The translations under genes were made by a program, and so were the position numbers. Shown one piece after another: positions 16,625-27,866 of a stretch of DNA of 64,000 nucleotides. The stretch lies in assembly GCA_036405415.1 (NCBI GenBank), contig DASWXP010000002.1, positions 340,803 through 404,802 of the forward strand, written 5' to 3'. The number at the start of each line of letters is the position of its first letter. Within the stretch, counting starts at the first letter, position 1. The notes under the pieces were generated by a model, which worked only from the letters and a program-made list of their open reading frames with translations, was not told the DNA's origin and did not search any database. The DNA is from Minisyncoccota bacterium (GTDB lineage: Bacteria; Patescibacteriota; Minisyncoccia; Phycocordibacterales; Phycocordibacteraceae).

Positions 16625-17221
16625 CTAAATCTCGCCGTGCTCGCGCATCACCGTCTCATAGAGCGCGATGGTTCGATGCGCCATGTGCTCCTCGAGCTGG
16701 TAGGCCGAACCGGAGTGCGCTATCTCATTGCGCACCTTGTGCGCGTCCCACGCGTTCTGGAGGGTATGGAAGCGGGATGGGTCCACCGCCTTGAGCTTCT
16801 CCCCTACCGAGTCGCCCGGATACCCGAGCTGCGAAAGGAGGTCGTCGAGCATGATGTCGGCTTCGATGATGGCCTGGCGCCAGTCGCTCTCATGCGGGCT
16901 CTCGATGAGCTGCCGCACATGCGCCCAGCGGCTATGGTCGCGTGTCTCCTCGGCATGCTCCGCATGGAGCGTCGCGTGACGCACTTCGTCCTCGTGCTCG
17001 GTCTGGTGGTACCGGATGACCGCGTTCACGAATACGATGAGGAGCGCTATGGAGATGACGAGCGAGAGCGCCGTCACGAGAAGCCAGATCTGGCTCGCGA
17101 GCGCCATGATGCCGCCCGCCTCGAACACGAACCCTCGCGGGCTCGTGATGAGCTCATAGAAGAGCCTGAAGAAGTACTCGACGTTGAGGAAATGTACGGT
17201 CGGTGCGGTAGTCGTTCCCAT
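16625..17221 (-). CDS. membrane-anchored hypothetical protein with an R-x4-H (HEPN-like) motif
   Basis: TM helix IWLLVTALSLVISIALLIVFV. The C-terminal helical domain contains KVRNEIAHSG. The alternative start ATG 17107 (MALASQIW) is probably the real one. Confidence 0.45.
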   Translation of the reverse strand: MGTTTAPTVHFLNVEYFFRLFYELITSPRGFVFEAGGIMALASQIWLLVTALSLVISIALLIVFVNAVIRYHQTEHEDEVRHATLHAEHAEETRDHSRWAHVRQLIESPHESDWRQAIIEADIMLDDLLSQLGYPGDSVGEKLKAVDPSRFHTLQNAWDAHKVRNEIAHSGSAYQLEEHMAHRTIALYETVMREHGEI

Positions 17222-17229
17222 TGAGACGA

Positions 17230-18663
17230 TTATAGCGTCTCTCCGGTCACATCGGCGCCGATTCTAAACAGTACGTCGTCCGCGCCAAGAGGCGCAGTGA
17301 AATGGATGCCGGTCGGAAGCGAGACATCGTCACGCGTTACGTCTCCCATAGGCACCGAGAGCGCAGGCATTCCGGTGAGGTCCGCGGTAACCGTGAACAC
17401 GTCCTCAAGGTACATCGAAACCGGGTCGCTCTTCTCCCCGAACCGGAACGCAGGAGACGGCGTCGTCGGGAACGCGATCACGTCGCACGACTTAAACGCT
17501 TCCTGGTACTCGGCACGCAGCATGTCGCGCGTGCGCTCGGCCTTGCGGTAGTACGCATCGATGTACCCTGAAGAGAGCACGAACGTGCCGAGAAGTATGC
17601 GGCGCACCGTCTCCCTGCCAAACCCCGCAGTCTTGGACTTAACATAATCCTCAAGCAGCGTATCGCCGCGCTCGGCGAGCCCGTAGCGGATGCCGTCGAA
17701 GCGCGCGAGGTTCGCAGACGCTTCCGCCGGCATGACCACGTAGTACGCAGGGAGCGCGTACCCGCTCGTCGGGAGCGATACCTCGACGAGCGTGTGACCC
17801 TTTGCCTTGAGCGCTTCCAGGGTGTTCCTGAAATTTGCAGCCACGTCCTCGTCCAAGCCTTCGCGAAGCAGATGCTCCGGCACGCCGATGCGGAGCGTCT
17901 TGCTCTCGGTTGGCGCAGGATAGGTATCTACCCCTATCGTGGTTGCGTCATTCGCGTCCTTGCAGCGCATCGCATCGAACAGAACCTTCGCATCCGCGAC
18001 CGTCTTTGCGATAGGACCTGCCTGGTCAAGCGAGCTCCCAAGCGCGATGAGACCGAAGCGCGAGATCGCGCCATAGGTAGGCTTGAGCCCTACGAGCCCG
18101 GTGTGTGCCGCCGGCTGGCGGATGGAGCCGCCGGTATCGGTGCCGAGTCCTCCGAGCGCCATATCAGCGCGCACGGCTGACGCGGAGCCGCCGGAAGAGC
18201 CGCCTGCGGTACGTGCCGTGTCGATAGGATTGCGCGCAACGCCATAGGCCGAGTTCTCGGTCGAGGAACCCATCGCGAACTCATCCATATTGGTGCGTCC
18301 TATGAAGAGCGCGCCTGCCTCCTTGAGCTTCTTCGTGATGGTCGCGTCGTACACGGCGCGATGATTCTCAAGCATCCGCGAAGCCGCGCTTGCGATCTTC
18401 CCTTCGATGAGAATGTTGTCCTTCATCGCAAGCGGTATGCCGCAGAGCAGCGGCGCATCGTCTCCCTTCTCGTCGATGCGCTTCTGTGCGGCAGCGATCG
18501 CATCCTCATCGGCTTCGAAGAGCTCGAGATACGCGTTCAGTTCAGGATTCTTCTCCTTCGCTCTAACAGCGCACGCGTCCCAGAGCTCGCGTACGGAAAA
18601 TTTCTTGGCGCGGAGCCCCTTCGCCGCTTCGGTTATGGAAAGCTCGTTCAAGGACTTAGTCAT
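17230..18663 (-). CDS. gatA: Asp-tRNA(Asn)/Glu-tRNA(Gln) amidotransferase subunit A
   Basis: Amidase signature GGSSGGSASAV; 477 aa; lies downstream of gatC with an 8-nt overlap. Confidence 0.85.
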   Translation of the reverse strand: MTKSLNELSITEAAKGLRAKKFSVRELWDACAVRAKEKNPELNAYLELFEADEDAIAAAQKRIDEKGDDAPLLCGIPLAMKDNILIEGKIASAASRMLENHRAVYDATITKKLKEAGALFIGRTNMDEFAMGSSTENSAYGVARNPIDTARTAGGSSGGSASAVRADMALGGLGTDTGGSIRQPAAHTGLVGLKPTYGAISRFGLIALGSSLDQAGPIAKTVADAKVLFDAMRCKDANDATTIGVDTYPAPTESKTLRIGVPEHLLREGLDEDVAANFRNTLEALKAKGHTLVEVSLPTSGYALPAYYVVMPAEASANLARFDGIRYGLAERGDTLLEDYVKSKTAGFGRETVRRILLGTFVLSSGYIDAYYRKAERTRDMLRAEYQEAFKSCDVIAFPTTPSPAFRFGEKSDPVSMYLEDVFTVTADLTGMPALSVPMGDVTRDDVSLPTGIHFTAPLGADDVLFRIGADVTGETL

Positions 18664-18952
18664 GGCTGATGATCTGCTTCACCTTGAGCGAATCGCCTTC
18701 GCGCTCGGGGAACTGCGCGGCTATCGCGTCGGTCCAGGTACCGGGCGCGCTCGGGTTCTCATCTTTGCGAAGCACGTTACGGACCGGCGAGAGGTTCCTG
18801 CCGGTCTCTGGCAAATCGAGTTCCTCGAGCTTCCCTACGTATTCGAGGATGCTGTCAAACTCGGCCGCGAAGCGTGGAAGGTCCGTTTCCGGAACCTCCA
18901 CGCGAGCGAGCGCTGCCAGGCGCTTCACGTCTTCTGCGGATGCCTTGCTCAT
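18656..18952 (-). CDS. gatC: Asp-tRNA(Asn)/Glu-tRNA(Gln) amidotransferase subunit C
   Basis: 98 aa (MSKASAEDVKRLAALARVEVPE...). Typical GatC size, and its position directly before gatA. Confidence 0.75.
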   Translation of the reverse strand: MSKASAEDVKRLAALARVEVPETDLPRFAAEFDSILEYVGKLEELDLPETGRNLSPVRNVLRKDENPSAPGTWTDAIAAQFPEREGDSLKVKQIISHD

Positions 18953-18968
18953 ATATAGGATAGGTATA

Positions 18969-21008
<2,040 letters not shown>

Positions 21009-21019
21009 CTACCCGGGCG

Positions 21020-21487
21020 CTAGTAGAAGACCTTGAGACCGCGCTCGATGCGGCGCGGATCGGTCGCGGTACAGGTGTTGTAGCCTGTAGCGTAGATGCA
21101 GCTTGTCGCGGATCCTGAGCTGCAGGAAGCGCCGGTGGTCTTGTAGACCGTGACCGACGCGGTCACCCCGTCTACGCACGGAGTCGCGAACGTCGAGGTC
21201 CTGGTCCCGCCGCTCACGCTTGAGGAGACGGAGATACTCGAGCCGGCGCACTGGATAGTGCCGATCGGTGCAGCGTATGCGAACGCATTCTCCTTCTGGT
21301 CCCAGTAGAGAGCGCACTCGATGGCAGAGTCCGCGGCATAGAACGCGTACTGCGACTGGCGCGCGGTCGAGGAGAGCACGATCTGCTTGTATGAGATATC
21401 GAGGAGCGCGAGCCCCACGGAAAGGAGGACCGAGGTCAGGATGACCGCGATGAGGAGCGTGAACCCGCGAGAAGGATGCGTCATCAT
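21020..21487 (-). CDS. type IV pilin-like minor pilin/pseudopilin
   Basis: N-terminal prepilin-like leader plus hydrophobic helix (SRGFTLLIAVILTSVLLSVGLALL); Ser/Thr/Cys-rich C-terminal domain. Confidence 0.55.
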   Translation of the reverse strand: MMTHPSRGFTLLIAVILTSVLLSVGLALLDISYKQIVLSSTARQSQYAFYAADSAIECALYWDQKENAFAYAAPIGTIQCAGSSISVSSSVSGGTRTSTFATPCVDGVTASVTVYKTTGASCSSGSATSCIYATGYNTCTATDPRRIERGLKVFY

Positions 21488-22026
21488 AGCCAGTTATGGA
21501 GACGGTCAGTCAAAGTTACCGTCTGCGTCTGCCCGAGCACGCTCCAGCTGACCGTCACAGTCACCACCATCTCGGTCGTACTGCCGGGGACCGCAGTGAG
21601 ACGGACCCTGCGCGTAAACTTCGTCGCAGACCCGCTCCCCTGCTGGTTATAGAGCCCTGCGGAACTGAGATAGAGCGGCGTGATCGTCCGCGAGATCGTG
21701 TTCTGCGTCGGGTCCACGACACAGTCGGCAGTGATGCAGTTCGCATATGAGGAGGTCCCTCCCTGAGTACCGTCGAATCCTGAAAGCCAGCTGCGACTGC
21801 CGGGAGATATGAGGTTTGTTATGTAGTTGCCGTCACGAACGGCGCGCACGTATTCGATCCCTTCTTGCGCGAGAGACGACGCGATAAGGACGTCTCGTGC
21901 AACCCTGGAGGCGTTCAGCGCCTGCTGTACTGCATACAACGGACCGATGATCGCAACCGCGATGATCGTGATCGCGACCAACGTCTCGACAAGAGTGAAT
22001 CCGCGCTGCTCCATTGTCTGCATCAT
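21484..22026 (-). CDS. type IV pilin-like minor pilin/pseudopilin
   Basis: Class III signal peptide QRGFTLVETLVAITIIAVAI (cleavage after G, Glu at +5). Confidence 0.65.
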   Translation of the reverse strand: MMQTMEQRGFTLVETLVAITIIAVAIIGPLYAVQQALNASRVARDVLIASSLAQEGIEYVRAVRDGNYITNLISPGSRSWLSGFDGTQGGTSSYANCITADCVVDPTQNTISRTITPLYLSSAGLYNQQGSGSATKFTRRVRLTAVPGSTTEMVVTVTVSWSVLGQTQTVTLTDRLHNWL

Positions 22027-22613
22027 ATCTCGATAAGCCGCTGCGTCGCTGCGGTCTGAATAGAGAAGCTCGTGCTCTCGCCTGAATCGGTCACCATCGT
22101 GCCCGAGACCACGAAGATGACTTGCGGCTGCAGATATGCATCCGCTCCTGAAGTCCCTACGCCGCGCACGTAGAAGCGCAGCGCATTCACGGTGATGCGC
22201 GGGTCCGTAAGGGATACGGCGGTCGCATCAGTACAGATGCTTCCGGTGCACTGCCCTATGCTGCCATCGCTCTTCAAGCGATAGGTCACGAGATACTGCG
22301 TTCCGCCTCCGCTCCGGCAATCCTGTCCCTCGAGACAGAACGAGATGCTCGTGCCGCCGCCGGAGCAGTTCGGCGAGGAAGTATTCCCGTTGCACGCATA
22401 TTCGCTGCCCGTACGCATCGAGCGCGCCATGCTTTCGGTCGCGAACGAGAGTGTTGCTGCGAGCTGATTGTTCGCGCGCGCCTGACGGTCGAGGCTTATG
22501 AGCGTCAGATACGCTCCGGTAACCACCAGCATCACGACGCTGAAGATCCCGAGCGACACGATGAGCTCGAGAAGCGAGTAGCCGCGCTGAGGTGTGTGGT
22601 TCGTCATGGGCAT
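22023..22613 (-). CDS. type IV pilin-like minor pilin/pseudopilin
   Basis: QRGYSLLELIVSLGIFSVVML prepilin N-terminus. Confidence 0.65.
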   Translation of the reverse strand: MPMTNHTPQRGYSLLELIVSLGIFSVVMLVVTGAYLTLISLDRQARANNQLAATLSFATESMARSMRTGSEYACNGNTSSPNCSGGGTSISFCLEGQDCRSGGGTQYLVTYRLKSDGSIGQCTGSICTDATAVSLTDPRITVNALRFYVRGVGTSGADAYLQPQVIFVVSGTMVTDSGESTSFSIQTAATQRLIEI

Positions 22614-23326
22614 CCTTCGTCTCCCTTCTGCGCGACCGATACGTGTCCCACCTTCGTCACGAGCACGCAGCGCTCCCCCACTCCGTCAGGAGATACCACG
22701 CGTATCGTCGCGTCCGTGAGCGCAACGCGCGAGGAAAGTGAAGGCGGCACCGCGCTTGAGGTGATGCCCGTGATGACGGACTGGGTGTTCGGGCGCATGT
22801 ACAGGATATCGAGCGCCAGGATGCCCGAGTCACTGCATACCTGCTGCCCGTTGCTTGCCCGGGTGCCGCAGAAGCTCTTGATGCGGAACCCGTTATTGAG
22901 CGAGTAGCTCCGGACCGTTTCGGTCGCCGTATCCTGGATGCAGTTGCCGGGCTTCGATTCGGGGTTAGCGCTTCCGAGGTTTGGGTGCCCTGGACACACG
23001 GTAGGATTGCTCACGTCGCCCGGACGCACCGGATCCACATCAGCGAACAGCGTATACGCGTTCGGCGAGCCTGCGGAGAAGTGCACGCCGTATCCGGCGT
23101 TCGTGGTGCTGCCTGAGCGCCTGCTCGAGATGCCGTAGGACTGCGCTTCGCGTATGGAAAACGCGATGGTGTAGGAGATGTCCGTAAGTACGAGCGAGCG
23201 GTTGAACGAGCTCTGACCGAGAAGCGCGATGGTCGTGATGATCACGATGATCGCGAGCACTACGACCATCTCCACGAGCGTGAAGCCTCGCGACGTTATC
23301 AAAGCGGAAGAAGGAGCGGATTCCAT
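22604..23326 (-). CDS. type IV pilin-like minor pilin/pseudopilin (GspH/FimT-like)
   Basis: SRGFTLVEMVVVLAIIVIITT prepilin N-terminus. Confidence 0.65.
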   Translation of the reverse strand: MESAPSSALITSRGFTLVEMVVVLAIIVIITTIALLGQSSFNRSLVLTDISYTIAFSIREAQSYGISSRRSGSTTNAGYGVHFSAGSPNAYTLFADVDPVRPGDVSNPTVCPGHPNLGSANPESKPGNCIQDTATETVRSYSLNNGFRIKSFCGTRASNGQQVCSDSGILALDILYMRPNTQSVITGITSSAVPPSLSSRVALTDATIRVVSPDGVGERCVLVTKVGHVSVAQKGDEGCP

Positions 23327-24057
23327 TGGGTGAAGTACGCGAGCAGGAAGCCTGCGGCGAGGAACGGTACGAACGGGACCTCAATACCCATTCTATGGCC
23401 TTTAGGGCGGCCTACCAATATCGCTATGCCCACGATAGCGCCAATCCAGAACGAGAACAGAAGCCCGGGAAGCGCGAGATATGGCCCAACGAGGAGCGCG
23501 AGCGAGAGCGCTACGGGAGTATCGCCGAGACCCATGGCCCTTCCCCGTGAGAGAGCATAGAAGAGAAAGAAGAAGAGACCGACGAACCCGGCAACCGAAA
23601 GCGCAAGACCGAACTCAGGAACCGCGCGCGCTGAGAGCCAGGCGAACCCGAGCGATAGGAACATGAGGAGCGTGGACGCCGCAACCGGGACCACGGTATG
23701 CCGGAGGTCGTAGAGGACGATGAACGCAAGCGCGAGCATCGCGAGCAAGAACGCTGGCAGCGGAACCCCAAAGCCGAGCTTCAGGTATGCGAGCGCGAAC
23801 ACGAGACCGAGCAGGAGCTCGCTCGCAACATACGTCCCCGGAAGTCGTGCGCCGCAGCATCGCGCCCTGCCCAGGGTCGTAACGTAGGAGAGCACGGGCA
23901 TCAGGTCCCGCCAGTCCAGAGGCTCGCTGCAAGAGTTACATCTCGAGCGGTCCCGGACCCAGGATTGCCCGGTGTGCACGCGCTCGGCGACCACTCCCAA
24001 GAAACTCGCGAGGACGCCTCCGAGAAGCGCGAACCCAATGACTCCGATGGAGAGCAT
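23299..24057 (-). CDS. pilD: prepilin peptidase (A24 family)
   Basis: Start at ATG 24057 (MLSIGVIGFALL). Zinc tetracysteine C-x-x-C...C-x-x-C (CNSCSEPL...CCGARL), a catalytic Asp within GLGD, and 6-8 TM helices. Confidence 0.8.
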   Translation of the reverse strand: MLSIGVIGFALLGGVLASFLGVVAERVHTGQSWVRDRSRCNSCSEPLDWRDLMPVLSYVTTLGRARCCGARLPGTYVASELLLGLVFALAYLKLGFGVPLPAFLLAMLALAFIVLYDLRHTVVPVAASTLLMFLSLGFAWLSARAVPEFGLALSVAGFVGLFFFLFYALSRGRAMGLGDTPVALSLALLVGPYLALPGLLFSFWIGAIVGIAILVGRPKGHRMGIEVPFVPFLAAGFLLAYFTQWNPLLLPL

Positions 24058-24059
24058 CT

Positions 24060-24533
24060 CTACGGGCACACGTAGATGGACGCGCCAAGTACGGCAGTCG
24101 CCTGCTCGGCGGTGCCGGTACTGTCTACGCAGAATCCTACGATCGATCCGCTTGCAGAAGCCTTGAGCGGCACCCACGCAGCCCAGGCGTTCGTGGAGTC
24201 ATGACACTGGCCGGTCTGCCAGGTGGAAGCGGTGCCGTCCGCGTACGTGGTCGGCGAGCCGTCGTATGCGTTCTCTGCAGCGTTCACGCTGTCGCCGATG
24301 CGGTTCGCGCCCGTGGTCGCGCACACGCCTTCGTAGCTCCAGCCGTTGCCGTCATAAAAGAGCTCGGCCTCGGAACGTGCGTTGGCAAGGTTCGACTTGA
24401 TGGATGAGTCTGCACCGCGGTTACGCGCGGTGTTAAGGGACGCGAGCACCACAGACGAGAGGATGCCGATGATCGCGATCACCACGAGAAGCTCGATGAG
24501 GGTGAAGCCTCGTGCAACGGGATTGTTTTTCAT
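24060..24533 (-). CDS. pilA: type IV major pilin (PilA-like), copy 1
   Basis: Start ATG 24533: MKNNPVARGFTLIELLVVIAIIGILSSVVLASLNTARNRG, the canonical type IVa pilin N-terminus; C-terminal disulfide pair (C...C). Confidence 0.85.
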   Translation of the reverse strand: MKNNPVARGFTLIELLVVIAIIGILSSVVLASLNTARNRGADSSIKSNLANARSEAELFYDGNGWSYEGVCATTGANRIGDSVNAAENAYDGSPTTYADGTASTWQTGQCHDSTNAWAAWVPLKASASGSIVGFCVDSTGTAEQATAVLGASIYVCP

Positions 24534-24589
24534 ACCTTCACTATACACGCTTCCCTGCAACGAACGTGGGATTCTGTGTATTAAACGCA

Positions 24590-24610
24590 AAAGCGCCCAA
24601 AGGGCGCTTT
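24590..24610 (-). terminator. intrinsic terminator aaagcgccc-aaa-gggcgcttt after pilin copy 2
   Basis: Perfect 9-bp stem directly 3-prime of the stop at 24632; flanking A/T runs. Confidence 0.6.
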
Positions 24611-24631
24611 TGCTATCCGAAAGATTCGGGA

Positions 24632-25090
24632 TTACGGGCAAGCGCCGTCCGTAAGGGTCGGAGCCGAGCTCGTGGTGCTTGCGTAGCCAGAGGAGTCAAC
24701 GCAGTAGTACTGCGAGGTGCTGCTCTTCATCTGTGCAGAAGCTGCCCAGAGAGTGTTGCTTGCGTAACACTGCACTGCGCCAGAGCCTGCCGAGGTTGCT
24801 GCAGCGATGTTATCGCCGATGACGTTGGTGCCGGAAGCTGCACAAACGCCTGCATTCGCAGTCACGGTGCCGCTTGATGCGTACGCGTTGCTGTTTCCGT
24901 CGTAGTAGAGCTCAGCCTCTGCGCGAGCGTTGGCGAGGTTCGACTTGATGGCAGCATCTGCACCGCGGTTACGCGCGGTGTTAAGGGACGCGAGCACCAC
25001 AGACGAGAGGATGCCGATGATCGCGATCACCACGAGAAGCTCGATGAGGGTGAAACCGCGGTCGGCCTTTGAGTGTCCGAGAAGGGTCAT
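24632..25090 (-). CDS. pilA: type IV major pilin (PilA-like), copy 2
   Basis: The N-terminal 33 codons are identical at the DNA level to copy 1 (RGFTLIELLVVIAIIGILSSVVLASLNTARNRGAD); divergent Ser/Thr/Ala-rich C-terminal domain. Confidence 0.85.
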   Translation of the reverse strand: MTLLGHSKADRGFTLIELLVVIAIIGILSSVVLASLNTARNRGADAAIKSNLANARAEAELYYDGNSNAYASSGTVTANAGVCAASGTNVIGDNIAAATSAGSGAVQCYASNTLWAASAQMKSSTSQYYCVDSSGYASTTSSAPTLTDGACP

Positions 25091-25192
25091 AGTATCAATT
25101 AGGGCGTAATTACTGGGCAGAATGCTAAATATCCGCTTGCTGCTAATTGTACGGCACTGCGGTTACGCGAGGCCCTGCCGTGGGGATAACCC

Positions 25193-26401
25193 TTAGGAAA
25201 TCGAGCCTGCGAGGTTGTAGATCGGAATGAGCACCGAGGCGAGCAAGGTTCCCACGCCGAGGCCGAGGAGCACGATCATCATCGGCTCGATGAGGTCGAC
25301 GAGCGTATCGACCGCGGTCGTCACCTCGCGCTGGTAGAACTTCGCGAGCGTCTGGAGGATATTTCCGAGCTCGCCTGTCTCCTCACCCACGCGCACCATG
25401 GCGGTCATGATGCCCGGGATCTCCGCATGCTGTGCGAGCGCGTCGGAAATGGACGCGCCGCCCTTCACCGCCTCCCCGACGTCCTTGAGTATGTTCTCGT
25501 AGGTGTTACTTCCCACCACCGACGCGGTGATCTCAACCGCCTCGACGACCGGAACGCCGGACACGAGCATCGTCGCGAAGTTGTCCGCAATGCGCGAGAG
25601 GTAGAGCTTCTGATAGAGATCGCCCACGTACGGAACCTGGAGCTTCACCTGGTCGAAGAACAGCTTGCCGGAAGGGGTCTGGAGCGAGCGGTATGCGAAG
25701 AATATACCCACGCCGATCGCGATCAGGATGAAGAATCCGAAGTTCACGAGGAAGTCGGAGATTGCGATGACGATAGCCGTATAGATCGGAATCTCCTGGC
25801 CGGAATCCTTGAGTATCGAGGAGATGCGCGGGATCACGAGCGTGAGCATGAGCGCCATCACGAGCACGAAGACGCCGATGACGAACGCCGGGTAGATAAG
25901 CGCGTTCTGCGCCTTGCTCATGACCTCGTATGTGCGATCGAGGTAGTCCGCGAGGTAGCCGAACGTCTCTGAGAGCTTTCCTGACTCCTCGCCCGAACGG
26001 ACCATGTTCACGTAGAACCCGGAGAACACCTTCGGATGGCGCGCAAGCGCCTTGGAGATCGGGCTTCCCCCCTGAAGGTCGTCCGCGATCTGCGTCATGA
26101 TGTCGGAGAGGTACTTATTCTCCACTTCTGCCGCGAGCAAACGGAAGATGCGGAGCGCCGAGACCTGCGCCTCGAACAGGGTCGCGATCTGGCGCGAGAG
26201 GATCACTACCTCCTTATTCGATACCTTCTTGAAGAAGCCGAACTCGATAGCGAGCGGCGACTTCTTCTCGATCGGCTCGATCGACGAGACGATAAGGCCG
26301 CGTCGCTGCAGCGTCGTGACCGCAACATCGACCGAGAGCGCCTCTACGGTTCCTGCGCGCTCATGGCCGTCCTTATCGAGTGCGTGATACGAGAAAAGCA
26401 T
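25193..26401 (-). CDS. pilC: type IV pilus assembly platform protein PilC (GspF family)
   Basis: Two GspF-type cytoplasmic domains and three TM segments; 402 aa. Confidence 0.85.
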   Translation of the reverse strand: MLFSYHALDKDGHERAGTVEALSVDVAVTTLQRRGLIVSSIEPIEKKSPLAIEFGFFKKVSNKEVVILSRQIATLFEAQVSALRIFRLLAAEVENKYLSDIMTQIADDLQGGSPISKALARHPKVFSGFYVNMVRSGEESGKLSETFGYLADYLDRTYEVMSKAQNALIYPAFVIGVFVLVMALMLTLVIPRISSILKDSGQEIPIYTAIVIAISDFLVNFGFFILIAIGVGIFFAYRSLQTPSGKLFFDQVKLQVPYVGDLYQKLYLSRIADNFATMLVSGVPVVEAVEITASVVGSNTYENILKDVGEAVKGGASISDALAQHAEIPGIMTAMVRVGEETGELGNILQTLAKFYQREVTTAVDTLVDLIEPMMIVLLGLGVGTLLASVLIPIYNLAGSIS

Positions 26402-26404
26402 AGA

Positions 26405-27472
26405 CTATAGGTAGCGTTCGAACGTCTTCGGATCGTTCGCGCGCTCGTACGCGTGCTCGATTGTCACTTCGCCGCGTCGCACGAGCTCAGCCAAAGAACG
26501 GTCCATGTCGATCATGCCCTCCTGGCTCGAGGTCTGGATCACGGTGGTGATCTCATGCGTGCGGCCCTCGCGGATAAGGTTCGCGATAGCGCTGTTATTT
26601 ATGAGAAGCTCGTACGCCGGAAGCTGCCCGCCCGAGATGCGCGGAATGAGGCGCTGCGAGAAGATGCCCGCGAGCGAGCCTGCGAGCTGCACGCGGACCT
26701 GGTCCTGCTGGTTCGGCGGGAACATGTCGATGATGCGGTCGATGGTCTGCGCCGCATTATTAGTGTGAAGCGTCGAGAGGACGAGGTGTCCGGTCTCAGC
26801 CGCGGTAACCGCCGAAGAGATGGTCTCCTGATCGCGCATCTCGCCCACCATGATCACGTTCACGTCCTCGCGGAACGCGGACTTGAGCGCTGCCGCGAAG
26901 TTCGGCGTATCGATGTGCACCTCGCGCTGGTGGATGAGCGACTTCTTCTGATCAAAGATGTACTCGATCGGATCCTCGATCGTAACGATATGCTCCGCGC
27001 GCGTCTCGTTGATTCGGTCGAGGATCGTCGCGAGCGTCGTCGACTTGCCCTGCCCCACCGGACCCACCACGAGGAAGAATCCCTGCGAGCGCTGGCTGAA
27101 GACTTCGAGGATCGGCGGGAGATTCAGGTTCTCGAACGAGCGGATCTCGTGCGGGATGAGGCGCATCGCGATCGCCACGTTCCCCTGCACGGTGTAGCCG
27201 TTCACGCGAAAGCGCGCTTTCTCGGTGTGCGCGTACGAAAAGTCTATGGCCTGCTCGCTCGAGAAAGCTGCATAGCGGTTCTCCGGCGCGATCGCCTTGA
27301 GGATGGTGGCGGTATCAGCGGGCGTAAGGACTGGGTGCTGCAGAAGCGGCACCAGGGAGCCTGAGATGCGGAGGATCGGGTTGTTCCCTGGAGAAAGATG
27401 GATGTCCGACGCGCCTTCGGAGACGACGGTATCGAGGAGCGTCTTTACCTGTGCACCTGCATCGGCGCTCAT
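26405..27472 (-). CDS. pilT: type IV pilus retraction ATPase PilT
   Basis: Walker A GPVGQGKST, Asp box, Walker B, His box (TLHTNNAAQTIDRI); 355 aa. Confidence 0.85.
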   Translation of the reverse strand: MSADAGAQVKTLLDTVVSEGASDIHLSPGNNPILRISGSLVPLLQHPVLTPADTATILKAIAPENRYAAFSSEQAIDFSYAHTEKARFRVNGYTVQGNVAIAMRLIPHEIRSFENLNLPPILEVFSQRSQGFFLVVGPVGQGKSTTLATILDRINETRAEHIVTIEDPIEYIFDQKKSLIHQREVHIDTPNFAAALKSAFREDVNVIMVGEMRDQETISSAVTAAETGHLVLSTLHTNNAAQTIDRIIDMFPPNQQDQVRVQLAGSLAGIFSQRLIPRISGGQLPAYELLINNSAIANLIREGRTHEITTVIQTSSQEGMIDMDRSLAELVRRGEVTIEHAYERANDPKTFERYL

Positions 27473-27855
27473 GCGGCCTCAATTATCTTGATAGTCTCTG
27501 CGAACACTTCAGACGGAATCGCGGAAGCCTTAATGATGTACCCGTCCGCGCCAAGCGCCTTCGCCTGCTCAATGTCTGATTCTTGTCCCTGGTTCGAGAG
27601 GATGATGACCTTCGTGCTGCGTTTGAGGTTCTCGCGCTTGATCACCTCGAGGATCTCAAGACCCGTCATGCCCGGCATCACGATATCAAGGAGAAGCGCG
27701 TCAGGACCTTCGCCTTCGCGCAGCACCTTGAGGAGCTCGTCGCCCCCTGAGAACGCGGTTACCGCATGCCCCGCCGCCTTGAACTTGACGGCATACATAT
27801 CAAGGAGGAATCGGTCGTCATCGACCAGGTAGAGCGTGTACGGGGCAGTAGGCAT
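27469..27855 (-). CDS. single-domain CheY-like response regulator (receiver only)
   Basis: DDD acidic pocket (LYLVDDDRF), phospho-Asp in LLLDIVMPGMTG, and the conserved Lys (GADGYIIKA); 128 aa; overlaps the pilT start. Confidence 0.75.
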   Translation of the reverse strand: MPTAPYTLYLVDDDRFLLDMYAVKFKAAGHAVTAFSGGDELLKVLREGEGPDALLLDIVMPGMTGLEILEVIKRENLKRSTKVIILSNQGQESDIEQAKALGADGYIIKASAIPSEVFAETIKIIEAA

Positions 27856-27866
27856 GATTCTGGTTC

